The notes below the pieces were generated by a model. It worked only from the letters and a program-made list of their open reading frames with translations. It made no database searches and was not told the DNA's origin. Shown in pieces: positions 29,488 through 39,382 of a stretch of DNA of 64,000 nucleotides. Source of the stretch: Acidimicrobiia bacterium. GTDB lineage: Bacteria > Actinomycetota > Acidimicrobiia > IMCC26256 > JBMOIJ01. Position numbers and translations under genes: made by a program. The stretch covers positions 2,580 to 66,579 of the forward strand of contig JBMOIJ010000011.1 of the NCBI GenBank assembly GCA_049317385.1. The letters are read 5' to 3'. Within the stretch, counting starts at the first letter, position 1. Every line of letters starts with the position of its first letter.

Positions 29488-30942
29488 ATGAGCAGCACCG
29501 TTCCCAATCCGTCGCACTCCGCCTTGCGCGGCGCGCTCGCACCGGTGGTTCCCCACCCCGCGCCCGAGGAACGCCTGGCACGCGGGAAGGCCGCCCGTTC
29601 GGATGTGCCGCGGTCGAGTCACGCGGCGTTCGAGCCGGCCGCGGATCGCCGTGACCCGGTGGAGCTGCTGGAGTCGCAGGCGCCGTCGCGTGTGCCCGAG
29701 CTCGTTCCCATTCGGTACGGGCGCATGTTGGTGTCGCCGTTCACCTTCTACCGGGGTGCGGCGTTGGTGATGGCAGCCGACCTGGCCACCACGGGAAACA
29801 GCGGCATCAAGGTGCAGGCGTGTGGTGACGCGCACCTGGCCAACTTCGGCGTGTTTGCGTCGCCGGAGCGCAACCTCGTGTTCGACGTCAACGACTTCGA
29901 CGAGACGTTGCCGGCACCGTGGGAGTGGGACGTCAAACGCTTGTGCGCAAGTTTGGTGGTGGCCGCACGCGACCGCGAGTTCACCGACGCAGAGCAGCGG
30001 GCCATCGCAGGAGCGGGGGCCAATGAGTACCGCGTGGCCATGCGCAATTTCGCGGGTACGAGCAATCTCGAGGTGTGGTACTCGCGTCTCGACGTGGATC
30101 GGTTCATGAACGAGTTCGTGCATCCGGATCTCGACCCGTCGTCGGTGAAGCGCGCCCAGAAGACCATTGCAAAGGCGCGTACCCGCGACAGCATGCAGGC
30201 GTTGAACAAGCTCACCACCGTGGTCGACGGCACGCGGCGCATCGTTTCGGATCCGCCGCTGATCGTTCCGATCGAGGAGCTGTTCCCGGATCTCGAAGCC
30301 GACACCATCAACCGGATGATGCGGGGGTTGGTGCGCACGTACCGTCACTCGTTGCAGCCGGACCGGCGTCATCTGCTGGAGCAGTTCGAGTTGTTGGAGG
30401 TCGCCCGCAAGGTGGTGGGGGTGGGCAGTGTGGGGACGCGCTGTTACATCTTGCTGTTGCAGGGCCGTGACGAAACCGACCCACTCTTCCTGCAGGCCAA
30501 GGAAGCGCAACCGTCAGTGCTCGAAGCGTTCGCCGGTACCAGTCAGTACGCGAACCAGGGGCAGCGGGTCGTTGCGGGCCAGCACCTGATGCAAGCCTCG
30601 AGCGACATCTTCTTGGGCTGGGAACGTGCTCACGGACTCGACGGCCAGGAGCGCGACTTCTACCTGCGCCAGCTGCGCGACTGGAAGGGATCCGCCGACC
30701 TCGAGACGATGGTGCCGTCGGGCATGGAGTTGTACGCGCGGCTCTGCGGTTGGACCTTGGCGCGTGCGCATGCGCGTTCGGGCGACCGCATTGCGATCGG
30801 TGCCTACTTGGGCGGCGGCGAGGTCTTCGACCAGGCGATCACCGACTTCTCGGTGGCGTACGCCGATCAGAACGAGCGCGACTACGCACGCTTCGAGCAG
30901 GCGGTGGCCGCAGGGGAGATCACGGCCCAGGAGGGTCTGTAG
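29488..30942 (+). CDS. DUF2252-family protein
   Basis: LVPIRYGRMLVSPFTFYRGAA..MA.DL, GDAHLANFG, DVNDFDET.PAPWEWDVKRL. Confidence 0.85.
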   Translation: MSSTVPNPSHSALRGALAPVVPHPAPEERLARGKAARSDVPRSSHAAFEPAADRRDPVELLESQAPSRVPELVPIRYGRMLVSPFTFYRGAALVMAADLATTGNSGIKVQACGDAHLANFGVFASPERNLVFDVNDFDETLPAPWEWDVKRLCASLVVAARDREFTDAEQRAIAGAGANEYRVAMRNFAGTSNLEVWYSRLDVDRFMNEFVHPDLDPSSVKRAQKTIAKARTRDSMQALNKLTTVVDGTRRIVSDPPLIVPIEELFPDLEADTINRMMRGLVRTYRHSLQPDRRHLLEQFELLEVARKVVGVGSVGTRCYILLLQGRDETDPLFLQAKEAQPSVLEAFAGTSQYANQGQRVVAGQHLMQASSDIFLGWERAHGLDGQERDFYLRQLRDWKGSADLETMVPSGMELYARLCGWTLARAHARSGDRIAIGAYLGGGEVFDQAITDFSVAYADQNERDYARFEQAVAAGEITAQEGL

Positions 30943-31498
30943 TCCCTGTTGTCGGTTGGGTGTTCCCGCGTACAACGGCCGCTTGGGCGCGGGCGAACAT
31001 CGAGCTCACGACCAGACCGGTTCCCGTGGCGATGAACACCAGGTCGAAGAGCATCTGGAACGTGGCCACGACGCGTGTCACCTGTCCGGCGGGATGGATG
31101 TCGCCGTATCCCACTGTGGCCAGCGTCGTCACGGAAAAGTAGAGCGCGTCGATCTTGGTTTGGATGCCTTCGATCTGGCCGGGATACGAGGCGAGCGCGA
31201 AATAGAGCGACGCGAACAAGACCGCCGTGATGAGGATCGCCAACACGAGTGTCTCGAGGCCGGTGGCCTGCCAGTTGCCGCCCTTGCGGTATTCACGGAT
31301 CCGGCGGCGCACACTCAGGCCGAAGAGCGTGAACGCAACGGCCATGACGATGAGCGAGAACAGCACCGCCCCGGGTCCGCCCGCTCGGTTGCGTGGCGGT
31401 ACGAGGAAGTACAGAGCCACGATCACCACCAGGATCACGAAGCTGCGCAGAATTCGGTGGCTGATGGTGATTCGGCGGAAGACACCTTTGGGATTCAT
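30920..31498 (-). CDS. two-TM-type potassium channel
   Basis: Selectivity filter TTLATVGYGD preceded by a pore helix, with upstream TM helices. Its 3' end overlaps the DUF2252 gene by 23 nt. Confidence 0.85.
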   Translation of the reverse strand: MNPKGVFRRITISHRILRSFVILVVIVALYFLVPPRNRAGGPGAVLFSLIVMAVAFTLFGLSVRRRIREYRKGGNWQATGLETLVLAILITAVLFASLYFALASYPGQIEGIQTKIDALYFSVTTLATVGYGDIHPAGQVTRVVATFQMLFDLVFIATGTGLVVSSMFARAQAAVVRGNTQPTTGTTDPPGP

Positions 31499-31567
31499 AC
31501 GGTGAAGAGTCAAGCAGCTTCGCCAGGGGAGGGGCGGCTGCCCCCGCCGGCTCTCTAGGGTGTCGCC

Positions 31568-33613
31568 ATGCGGATTCGCTTCGACGACACCTTGGGCTAC
31601 CGGGCCGAGCAGGCCGGTCTGCTCTTCGCGGCGGGGAACGCGCCGCTCACGTTCCAGCGCACGTTGGTGGAGCGCAGCACGGTTGATCAGGCGTTGATCA
31701 CGGGCCTGTCGATGGCCACCAACTCCACCATCGTGACGGTGCTCCAAGAGGCGATCCAGGCGGCCGCGCGGGTGGCGTTGGTACCGGGGGGCACTTCCGG
31801 AACGCGGATGGCCCGGTGGAGTCGCGCCGCTATTGCAGCCGACGTTGCCGCCTACGGCGCAGGAATCGTGTTGCAGCGCAAGTGGCGGGCGCACCCGCGC
31901 GAACCGCTGCCGCGTGCAGCGTTACGAACGGGCGGGTTCTTCCTCTCCGTTGCGGGCGCGGCCGGCGCAATGGTCGGCGCGTTGCAGGAGCGAGGCGCCA
32001 ATCGGCCGGCACGACGTACGGTGCCGCTCATCATTCCGGCCACTGGCGCGATCGCGGCGGCAGTCGAGTTCCGGCGGCGGCGCGCTGAGCGCCTCGACGC
32101 CGACTTGCCCGCGGAGACCATGCAGGTGTCGGCGGGGCGCGCGTTCGCGTTGGGGCTGGGGGTGACGGGGTCCACCTTGTTGATGGGTGCGGCCGAGCGT
32201 GCGAGTGCCGAAGTGATCGGCCGTACGCTGGGGCGCGCGTTGCCCGGTGGTCCTGCGCTCTGGCGCTTGGTCGGTCACGTCGCAACGCTGGGTGCGCTGG
32301 CGGGGCTCACCCGATTTGGTATCGAGCACGCGTACGCGTCGATCGAACACAAGGAAACGGCAGTCGAGGCGGCGTTCGATATTCCGCCGCCGGCGCCGCT
32401 CTCATCGGGGAGTCTCGACAGTCGGGTCGACTTCGCCACGTTGTCCCGTCAGGGTCGACGCTTTGCGTGGACACCAAGTATCCCCGCGCGGATCAATGAC
32501 GTGATGGGAGGCGATGGCGCCGTCATGCCCGTTCGCACCTATGTGGGGCTGGAGAGCGCAGCTACTCCGCAGAAGCGCGTCGAGCTCGCAATAGAAGAGC
32601 TCGAACGGACCAATGCGTTTGCTCGGCCTTGGTTGATGGTCGATGTTCCAACGGGCACGGGGTACGTGAACCCGATTGCCGTGGGTGTGTTCGAGATGCT
32701 CACTTGCGGGAACTGTGCCACGGTGGCGTTGCAATATGCCGCCCGCCCATCGGTGTTGTCGCTCGACCGGGTGGCCGAAGGGCGCCTGCAGTCGCGCTTG
32801 CTCCTCGACGCCATCCACGCGCGGCTGTTGCAGCAGCCCGCAGAACGACGTCCGAAACTCGTGTTGTTCGGTGAGAGCTTGGGCGCATGGTCGTCGCAGG
32901 ATGCGTTCGTCGGGTTGGGCACCTATGGACTCGACGAGGTGGGTGTCGATTACGCGATCTGGATCGGTACGCCCCACTTCAGCAAGTGGAAAGAGCAGGT
33001 GCTCTTCGACGGCCGTACCGACGTCGACCCGGCGACGCTCGGAGTGTTCAACGACATCGACGAGTACCGCACCGTGTCGGAGGAGGCGCGGCGCATGCTG
33101 CGATACGTGATGATCACGCACCATGATGACGGCGTGGCCCAGTTCGGGCCGGAACTGTTCATCCAATCGCCCCCGTGGCTGGGGTCTCCGAACACCCGGC
33201 CGAGCGGTGTTCCGAAGGGGATGCGGTGGATGCCATCGTCGGCGTTCTTCCAAGTGCTCGTCGACATGAAGAACGCGGCGCGGGTCACACCCGGCGTCAT
33301 CGCGGCGAAAGGCCATGACTATCGGGCTGATCTGTTGCCGTTCTTCAGCGCGGTCTTGGGGCTGCCAGTCACCGACATGCAATTCGACGCGATCACCGAG
33401 TGGCTCGCGCACGACGAATTGCGGCGGAGCGAGTGGGTGAAGAAGCACGGTGCGGCCGGCCAAGGGCTTGCGGCCACCATTCTCGAGCAATGGTGGCGGG
33501 AGCAACGCGCCCAGGGTGCTGATGTCGATTCCGAGTTGGCTCGGCGCGTGCTGGCGGCGGCGGAGGCCGAACTCGGGGCTGGTGGCGGTCAGCCGGGTGA
33601 GTCGCTCAAGTGA
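31568..33613 (+). CDS. membrane-anchored alpha/beta hydrolase (Abhydrolase_9-like)
   Basis: N-terminal multi-TM region and a C-terminal hydrolase fold with the nucleophile elbow LFGESLGAW. Confidence 0.75.
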   Translation: MRIRFDDTLGYRAEQAGLLFAAGNAPLTFQRTLVERSTVDQALITGLSMATNSTIVTVLQEAIQAAARVALVPGGTSGTRMARWSRAAIAADVAAYGAGIVLQRKWRAHPREPLPRAALRTGGFFLSVAGAAGAMVGALQERGANRPARRTVPLIIPATGAIAAAVEFRRRRAERLDADLPAETMQVSAGRAFALGLGVTGSTLLMGAAERASAEVIGRTLGRALPGGPALWRLVGHVATLGALAGLTRFGIEHAYASIEHKETAVEAAFDIPPPAPLSSGSLDSRVDFATLSRQGRRFAWTPSIPARINDVMGGDGAVMPVRTYVGLESAATPQKRVELAIEELERTNAFARPWLMVDVPTGTGYVNPIAVGVFEMLTCGNCATVALQYAARPSVLSLDRVAEGRLQSRLLLDAIHARLLQQPAERRPKLVLFGESLGAWSSQDAFVGLGTYGLDEVGVDYAIWIGTPHFSKWKEQVLFDGRTDVDPATLGVFNDIDEYRTVSEEARRMLRYVMITHHDDGVAQFGPELFIQSPPWLGSPNTRPSGVPKGMRWMPSSAFFQVLVDMKNAARVTPGVIAAKGHDYRADLLPFFSAVLGLPVTDMQFDAITEWLAHDELRRSEWVKKHGAAGQGLAATILEQWWREQRAQGADVDSELARRVLAAAEAELGAGGGQPGESLK

Positions 33614-34247
33614 GCTGATGGCGCGCCGACGGAACGCGCCGCAACACCACCCAGGTGAACGGTTGCGGGGCGCCCCAGGGCGTGCGGTGTACTTCACGTT
33701 GTGATCCAACGACCTCGAACGACGGTGCGAACACCGCGGCCAAATCTTCGGGGGAGTACCGCATGACGGGGAGCCCGGAGCACTGTTCGGGTCCGTCGGC
33801 AGCGAACGTGCCGATCACCAGGTGGCCACCACCCGCAATGCCCGCGGACGCGATCGTCACATAGTGCGTACGTTCGATTGGTTCGGTGAGGAAGTGGAAT
33901 ACGGCGCGGTCGTGCCACAACGCGTAGGTATCAGTTGGCATCCACTCGACGACATCGGCGCACACCCAGTGCACAGTTGACGCGCGGTCTCCGAGCCGTT
34001 GCGCGGTTGCGCTCAGCGCAACCTGTGAAGCGTCGAGCACGGTGACGTTGGTGAATCCGCGTGCGAGTAGTCCATCCACCAGTGATGATTCGCCGCCGCC
34101 CACGTCGATGATTGCTGCGAGGGAGTCGAGGTTGGGAATGTATTCGGCGATGAGGTCGAGCGAGGGAACGGCGTCGGCCTGATACCAACTCACGTCGGTG
34201 GGTGACCGGCTCGAATAGACGTCATCCCAATGGCGGGCTCGGGTCAC
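33606..34247 (-). CDS. class I SAM-dependent methyltransferase
   Basis: HWDDVY...VSWYQ, and SAM motif I IIDVGGGES.LVD.L. Start is GTG 34247, or alternatively ATG 34301, which would overlap the divergent gene's ATG as CATG. Confidence 0.8.
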   Translation of the reverse strand: MTRARHWDDVYSSRSPTDVSWYQADAVPSLDLIAEYIPNLDSLAAIIDVGGGESSLVDGLLARGFTNVTVLDASQVALSATAQRLGDRASTVHWVCADVVEWMPTDTYALWHDRAVFHFLTEPIERTHYVTIASAGIAGGGHLVIGTFAADGPEQCSGLPVMRYSPEDLAAVFAPSFEVVGSQREVHRTPWGAPQPFTWVVLRRVPSARHQLT

Positions 34248-34299
34248 TGGCTGAGCGTATGTCCGCAGCGTGCGGGCGCGCGGGTGCGAACATGGCGCC

Positions 34300-34662
34300 A
34301 TGCACTTCGAGGAGCTGATGAGCAACATCGCCAAGGGCTTCGAGGCACTGGGCGTCGCCATCCTCATTGCGGGGGCCGTCTGGGGATTCGCTCGTTCGGG
34401 GGTGCGGGTCGTGCAGGGGCACAATGCGGGGCTCTACGTCGAGCTGCGCAACTCGCTGGGGCGCACCATCCTTTTGGGCCTCGAGATCCTGGTGGCGGCC
34501 GACCTCATTCGCACCGTGGCGGTTGATCCGTCCCTCGCCAATGTGGGCGCATTGGCGCTGATCGTGGCCATCCGGACCGTGTTGAGCTTCTCGCTCGAGA
34601 TCGAGATCGAGGGCCGACTCCCGTGGCAACGGTCCGAGGGGTCGGGGGCGCCGACGGGTTGA
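34300..34662 (+). CDS. DUF1622-family membrane protein
   Basis: GVAILIAGAVWGF...LGRTILLGLEILVAADLIRTV...ALIVAIRTVLSFSLEIE. Confidence 0.7.
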   Translation: MHFEELMSNIAKGFEALGVAILIAGAVWGFARSGVRVVQGHNAGLYVELRNSLGRTILLGLEILVAADLIRTVAVDPSLANVGALALIVAIRTVLSFSLEIEIEGRLPWQRSEGSGAPTG

Positions 34663-34748
34663 TCTTGGGATGAAATGTCCCCAACCGCCTCAGGCGGCTT
34701 GGATCCCGGGCCGATGAAGCCCCTGCCGAAATCGGAAGGGGTTCGAGG

Positions 34749-35867
34749 ATGATGAGTCACACGCGGGCGGGCTTCGACGCGCCGGCCACTGGTCTGACTG
34801 CCAACGCGCGCATGATGCGATCGGCGCTCGAGTCGGTGCAGACCAACGTGTTCCTTGCCGACATCAACTTGAACCTGATCTGGATGAACCGCCGGTCCGC
34901 CGAGACACTCAAAGATCTCGCGCCAGAGATTCAGCGAAAGTTCAAGATCGGTACGAGCGAGCTCCTTGGTGGTTCCATCCACCGTTTCCACTCCGACCCC
35001 GCTCGCGTGGAGGCGATCCTGCGGTCACTGTCGGGCTTGCCGCACCACGCAGTGTTGGCCTTCGGCGACGCACGCTTGCGGGCCGACTTCGCGCAGATGA
35101 TCGACGACGAGGGCGTGTTGCTCGGCTACGTCGTGAACTGGGAGAGCGTTGGCGAGGAGGAACGCCAGGCGAAAGACGTCATTGGCGAACTCGCGCAGAT
35201 GGGCGACTCGCTTGCGTCGGTCAGCACCGAACTCAACTCGACCGCCGACCACGCAGCAACCCAAGCGGGGGTCGTCGCGGCGGGAGCGGAACAGCTGACT
35301 GCGAGTATCAACGAAATCGCCGAGTCGGCGTCGGCAGCGGCGATGGTGGCGCACGAAGGAGTGAGTTCCGCCTCGGCCGCGACCGACACGATTGCGGCGC
35401 TCGGTGCGAGCAGTGAAGCGATCCGCGAGGTCGTGAAGCTGATTGACGACATCGCGGCCCAGACCCGCCTCCTTGCGCTCAACGCGACGATCGAAGCGGC
35501 GCGTGCCGGTGAGGCGGGCAAGGGGTTCGCGGTGGTCGCCGACGAGGTCAAGGAACTGTCGAATCAGACCAGCGAGGCAACGGGCGACATTGTGCGCCGC
35601 GTCGAGTCGATTGGCTCCGAGGTCGATAGTTCGGTGGCAGCGATCCGCCGCATCAGCGAGGTGATCGGTCAGATCAGCCACCTGCAACAGTCGATTGCGG
35701 GCGCGGTCGAGGAACAAGGTGCGACGGCAATTGAGATCTCGTCCAGCATCTCGGCGGTCGCCGACGCAGTGGGCACGACCGCACGTGGTGCGGGTGAGTT
35801 GGCAAACCTGGCCAACGGGCTTGCGTCGCGTACTTCCGATGTGAAGCGGTTGCTGCTCGACAGCTGA
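34749..35867 (+). CDS. soluble methyl-accepting chemotaxis protein (PAS-like N-domain, no TM segment)
   Basis: Highly conserved MCP signalling hairpin [40 protein letters not shown]. The N-terminus is PAS-like ([18 protein letters not shown]). Confidence 0.9.
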   Translation: MMSHTRAGFDAPATGLTANARMMRSALESVQTNVFLADINLNLIWMNRRSAETLKDLAPEIQRKFKIGTSELLGGSIHRFHSDPARVEAILRSLSGLPHHAVLAFGDARLRADFAQMIDDEGVLLGYVVNWESVGEEERQAKDVIGELAQMGDSLASVSTELNSTADHAATQAGVVAAGAEQLTASINEIAESASAAAMVAHEGVSSASAATDTIAALGASSEAIREVVKLIDDIAAQTRLLALNATIEAARAGEAGKGFAVVADEVKELSNQTSEATGDIVRRVESIGSEVDSSVAAIRRISEVIGQISHLQQSIAGAVEEQGATAIEISSSISAVADAVGTTARGAGELANLANGLASRTSDVKRLLLDS

Positions 35868-35870
35868 TCC

Positions 35871-37484
35871 TCAGTCGGACGGCGAAAATCGGGCGACGAG
35901 TACGCAGAGGTCATCGAACCGTATTGGTGGCGGACACCTCGCAACGAGTGTGTCGATGAGCCGATCGATGGGTTCGTCGCGCATGTCTTCGAGTATTCGG
36001 ATGAGGCGCTGCTCGCCTTCTTCATATCCTTCGTTGCGGCGTTCGATGAGTCCGTCGCTGTAGAAGAGGAGCGTGTCGCCGGCGCGTAGAGAGGCGGAGT
36101 CTTCGGTGAAATGGCTGGGGCCACCGAGCCCGATTGGACGCCCGGGCTGGAACGAGTCGAGGACGCGTACGTGGCTGGAGCCCGCAATCAAAAGCGGTGG
36201 CGAATGGCCTGCACTCGACCAGGTAACCACCCGCCTGACGGGATCGGCGATCGCAATCACCAGTGTTATGAACGCCGAACGATCGCCGATCATGGCGTTG
36301 ACCGCAGTCATCACGGCTCTGGGCGCGGAGTGTTCATGAAGCAAGGTGTTCACTCGGTACCTGGTCTCAGCCATGAGCGCCGCCGATTTGATGCCGTGCC
36401 CTGCGACATCGCCGAGTACCAACGCCAGTCGTCCGTCGGCGAGTTCGAACGCGTCGTAGAAGTCGCCGCCGACCACGTTCTCCGCCGCCTCGTAGCGTCC
36501 GCTGAGTTCGAATCCGTCGACGCGACTTGGGAGCCCTGCGGGAAGGAATGCCTCTTGGAATTCGAGCGCGAGGGTGCGTTCGCGTTCCAGACCGAGCAGG
36601 CGGATGACTGCGCCTTGCACAACAGTTCCGAGGGTTTCGACGTAGTCGGACATGCCGTCGTCGAGTGCGCCGGGTTCGGACCACATTGCGGCAAGGACAC
36701 CGAAGACCCGGCCGTCCTCGCGGAGCGGGACAGCCACGGCACACTCCACCGGTGGATGCATGGTCAGCATGGGGCTGTTGGGAAACCGCTCTTGGAGCTC
36801 ATGGGCGCCGCGCACCTGCACCATTCGTCGGCTGCGGAACGCGTTGCAGAGCGGCGATTCCGTGTCGACCTCGAGTTGTGGCAGCGTCCGGGTGGATTCG
36901 GTCCCTCGCGCAAGCGCGCGCAGCATGGTGGCGTCGGCGCTGTCAGCCGCCCAGATGCCGACATCATCGGTCCCGGCTTCGGCACTCAAGTGTTCGAGCG
37001 TTGCTGCGAGGATCTGATCGGTCGTGGCGGCCTCCATGAGTCTTACGGCCAAGACTCGGAGGCGCTCATAGCGAGCCTGCTCGGTGATGTCGTGCACGAT
37101 GCACGCAACGCCGATGGTTGTATCCGTGTCGGGATCGTGGACCGGGTACCACGAACTGAACCACGTGTGCGGTGCAGGGTCGGCAGGCGTCACATCGGTG
37201 ATCTGCACGCCGCGCACCGGTGCATTCGTGGCCTGAATCTGCTCGAAGATCTGTCGGCTGCGTTCGGCTTGGCTCGCGACAATCCCGCCGAGCTGACGGC
37301 CGATCAGGTCGTCGGACCGCACCCCCATGATGTCCGCGAGTTGCTCGTTGACGATCTGGTACCGGCGGTCCAAATCGAAGAACGCGATCCCGAGTGGTGA
37401 CTGGGCGACGAGAAGATCGAGGAACGACAGTCGGTCTGCATCGTTGGTGATCGTGATGACCCGCTCAGTGCCGCCATTGGACAT
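35871..37484 (-). CDS. PAS-GAF-PP2C (SpoIIE/RsbU-type) serine phosphatase
   Basis: C-terminal GGDFYDAFEL.DGRLALVLGDVAGHG...FYSDGL, with upstream PAS and GAF-like regions. The stop lies 3 nt from the MCP stop (convergent genes). Confidence 0.9.
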   Translation of the reverse strand: MSNGGTERVITITNDADRLSFLDLLVAQSPLGIAFFDLDRRYQIVNEQLADIMGVRSDDLIGRQLGGIVASQAERSRQIFEQIQATNAPVRGVQITDVTPADPAPHTWFSSWYPVHDPDTDTTIGVACIVHDITEQARYERLRVLAVRLMEAATTDQILAATLEHLSAEAGTDDVGIWAADSADATMLRALARGTESTRTLPQLEVDTESPLCNAFRSRRMVQVRGAHELQERFPNSPMLTMHPPVECAVAVPLREDGRVFGVLAAMWSEPGALDDGMSDYVETLGTVVQGAVIRLLGLERERTLALEFQEAFLPAGLPSRVDGFELSGRYEAAENVVGGDFYDAFELADGRLALVLGDVAGHGIKSAALMAETRYRVNTLLHEHSAPRAVMTAVNAMIGDRSAFITLVIAIADPVRRVVTWSSAGHSPPLLIAGSSHVRVLDSFQPGRPIGLGGPSHFTEDSASLRAGDTLLFYSDGLIERRNEGYEEGEQRLIRILEDMRDEPIDRLIDTLVARCPPPIRFDDLCVLVARFSPSD

Positions 37485-37587
37485 GCATGGGTTTTAGCGC
37501 CGGGGCGGTGGCGAACGCACAGGGACGGGCCGCAATTGGCCAGCACCCGCTAGAGGGGCTACACGGATGGTGTGCGTTCTGCTGGCG

Positions 37588-38223
37588 TCACGGCGCGACG
37601 ACTGGGTCCCAATCGATCATGACGTCTTCGGCCAGTCCAGGAATGCGCTTGGCGGGGAGTTGCACACCGTTGAAGAGCCTGGGCAGTGCTGCCGGCGGCA
37701 CGCCGATGCCGAGTTGCACCTGGTACGGATCCCCGCTTTGGGGCACAACGGTGAGCATGAACGCGTAGACGGGGAGGCCGGCGCGCGGATGCTTCATATT
37801 GGCGTCCTGGAATGCCGCGACCACCACGGTGCACGCTTCGCCGGTTGCGATGATCTCGTCGCCGGTGTGCTCTCCCGGCGTGGCTGGCGCGGTGATCTGG
37901 CCGGGGGGTTCGGTCTGCCAATCGATCGCAACGCGTTGCGGATCGGTTGGGTCGACTCGGACGGCGCACACGGTGGCGCCGGGTTGGATGCGTGCCATGT
38001 CCCACTCGAGGATCTTCTGGTGCGACTTCGCGGCGTACTGAGTGCCGTCGGGTGGCTGCACCGTTAGGGCAAAGGTGCGCATCCGGTACTTGTAGTTGCC
38101 GACGGTGATCGAGGTGCCACTGGCGTCCATGGCTGTGATGAGGCCGGTGGCAAGGACACCGTCTTTGATGTCGTCGGCTTCCGTACCCGCGACAGCTTCC
38201 TTCATCTTCTTGAACAGGCCCAT
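37588..38223 (-). CDS. hypothetical protein with an internal tandem duplication (two domains of about 85 aa)
   Basis: Start MGLFKKMKEAV (ATG 38223, GGAG 8 nt upstream). Both halves end ...IDW and share the pattern ..ATG......y.f.LTV.P..G..Y. Confidence 0.55.
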   Translation of the reverse strand: MGLFKKMKEAVAGTEADDIKDGVLATGLITAMDASGTSITVGNYKYRMRTFALTVQPPDGTQYAAKSHQKILEWDMARIQPGATVCAVRVDPTDPQRVAIDWQTEPPGQITAPATPGEHTGDEIIATGEACTVVVAAFQDANMKHPRAGLPVYAFMLTVVPQSGDPYQVQLGIGVPPAALPRLFNGVQLPAKRIPGLAEDVMIDWDPVVAP

Positions 38224-38334
38224 GGGACGGACTCCAATGACGGCGACGGTCTGACGGCTTGGTGGCGTGCTCGGTGCGCGCCGCGTGCGAACTGTACCCG
38301 TCGCCACCGCCCGCATGGTGGGCCGACGCGCTGC

Positions 38335-39369
38335 TCACCCACTGGTTTCTCGTATCGCTCGCGTCGGGTGGAGCGTCAGCGTGTCCACCTGCGCCGCGAT
38401 GCGTTCGAGGTCGTCGGCGTGTTGCCCTGTCCACGCGCAATAACCGATGTGGTCGAGGCCGATGCGCAGCATGCAAGCGTGAACCCGACGATCGAAATCG
38501 TCGATCGAGTGTCCGGCGTGCTCGGAATGCACCCGCATTGCGCTCACGATGTCGATGTGGGCCAGCCCGGGATGCCATGGGTTCCAGAAGCTGAGCCATG
38601 CCGCGTCCCAGAGGGGGTCGGCATACATTGCGCAGCCCCAGTCGAAGATGCCGCTGATGCGGCCCTGGTTTGTGAACACGTTGCGGTTGAGGAGATCGCC
38701 GTGCACAACGTGGCGCGACGGCGTGAGGTCGGCCGCGAGATCGTGAAGTCGTCCGAGTCCTCGATCGAACGTTGCGCGCAGCGTCGGTGACTCGTCGACG
38801 ATTTGGCGCCATCCGTGCGTGCGCAAGTCGGGCGTGTCGGGAAAACTCGTGAGGAACTCGGCCCAGGTTGTGTGCGGCGCGTTGCCTTGCTGGTCGAGGC
38901 CGCCGAATCCGGTACCAGGGGGTTCGATCGTGCGCATGGCGTCGAACATTGCGAGTACATGGGGGAGTAGCGCGCGCCATTCTTCGGCCGAGCCGTCGTC
39001 GATGGGCGTACCGAAGGCGCGGGTCGAGATGGCGAAGTGCGTGTTGGCGATGTCGCCGACTTCGAGGACCTCGGGGATCGGCAGCGTGTCGCTGCGCCAG
39101 GCCGCGGCGAGCTGGTCGCGCTCGAAGTCGTCGCGATGATTTCCGATGCGCACAACGAGGTCGCGATCATCGGCTTGGAAGGCGAAGCATTCGGACCACG
39201 CGCCGGCCCCGACGCGTTCAACGGTGGCGGCGGCGTCGTGGCCGAAGTGGTCGCGCACCACGATGCGCGCATTGTCGTAACTCATTGCTTGGAGTGTGGC
39301 CGCCGCGGCGTAGCTGAGTCGACGGATTTTCGCTACCGGGCCGCACGCTGATGGTCGGGACTCGTCCAT
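38335..39369 (-). CDS. aminoglycoside/choline-kinase-type phosphotransferase (APH family)
   Basis: Catalytic loop VVHGDLLNRNV, and GIFDWG (DxG-type Mg site). An alternative start is ATG 39285 (MSYDNARIV). Confidence 0.8.
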   Translation of the reverse strand: MDESRPSACGPVAKIRRLSYAAAATLQAMSYDNARIVVRDHFGHDAAATVERVGAGAWSECFAFQADDRDLVVRIGNHRDDFERDQLAAAWRSDTLPIPEVLEVGDIANTHFAISTRAFGTPIDDGSAEEWRALLPHVLAMFDAMRTIEPPGTGFGGLDQQGNAPHTTWAEFLTSFPDTPDLRTHGWRQIVDESPTLRATFDRGLGRLHDLAADLTPSRHVVHGDLLNRNVFTNQGRISGIFDWGCAMYADPLWDAAWLSFWNPWHPGLAHIDIVSAMRVHSEHAGHSIDDFDRRVHACMLRIGLDHIGYCAWTGQHADDLERIAAQVDTLTLHPTRAIRETSG

Positions 39370-39382
39370 TAGCGTTCGCGCG

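Noticed and set aside
35821-35835. CTTGCGTCGCGTAC inside the MCP gene, resembling the family-2 arm plus the copy A inner stem
   Set aside because: It is a single short match within coding sequence (..GLASRTSD..) with no inverted partner. Most likely chance.
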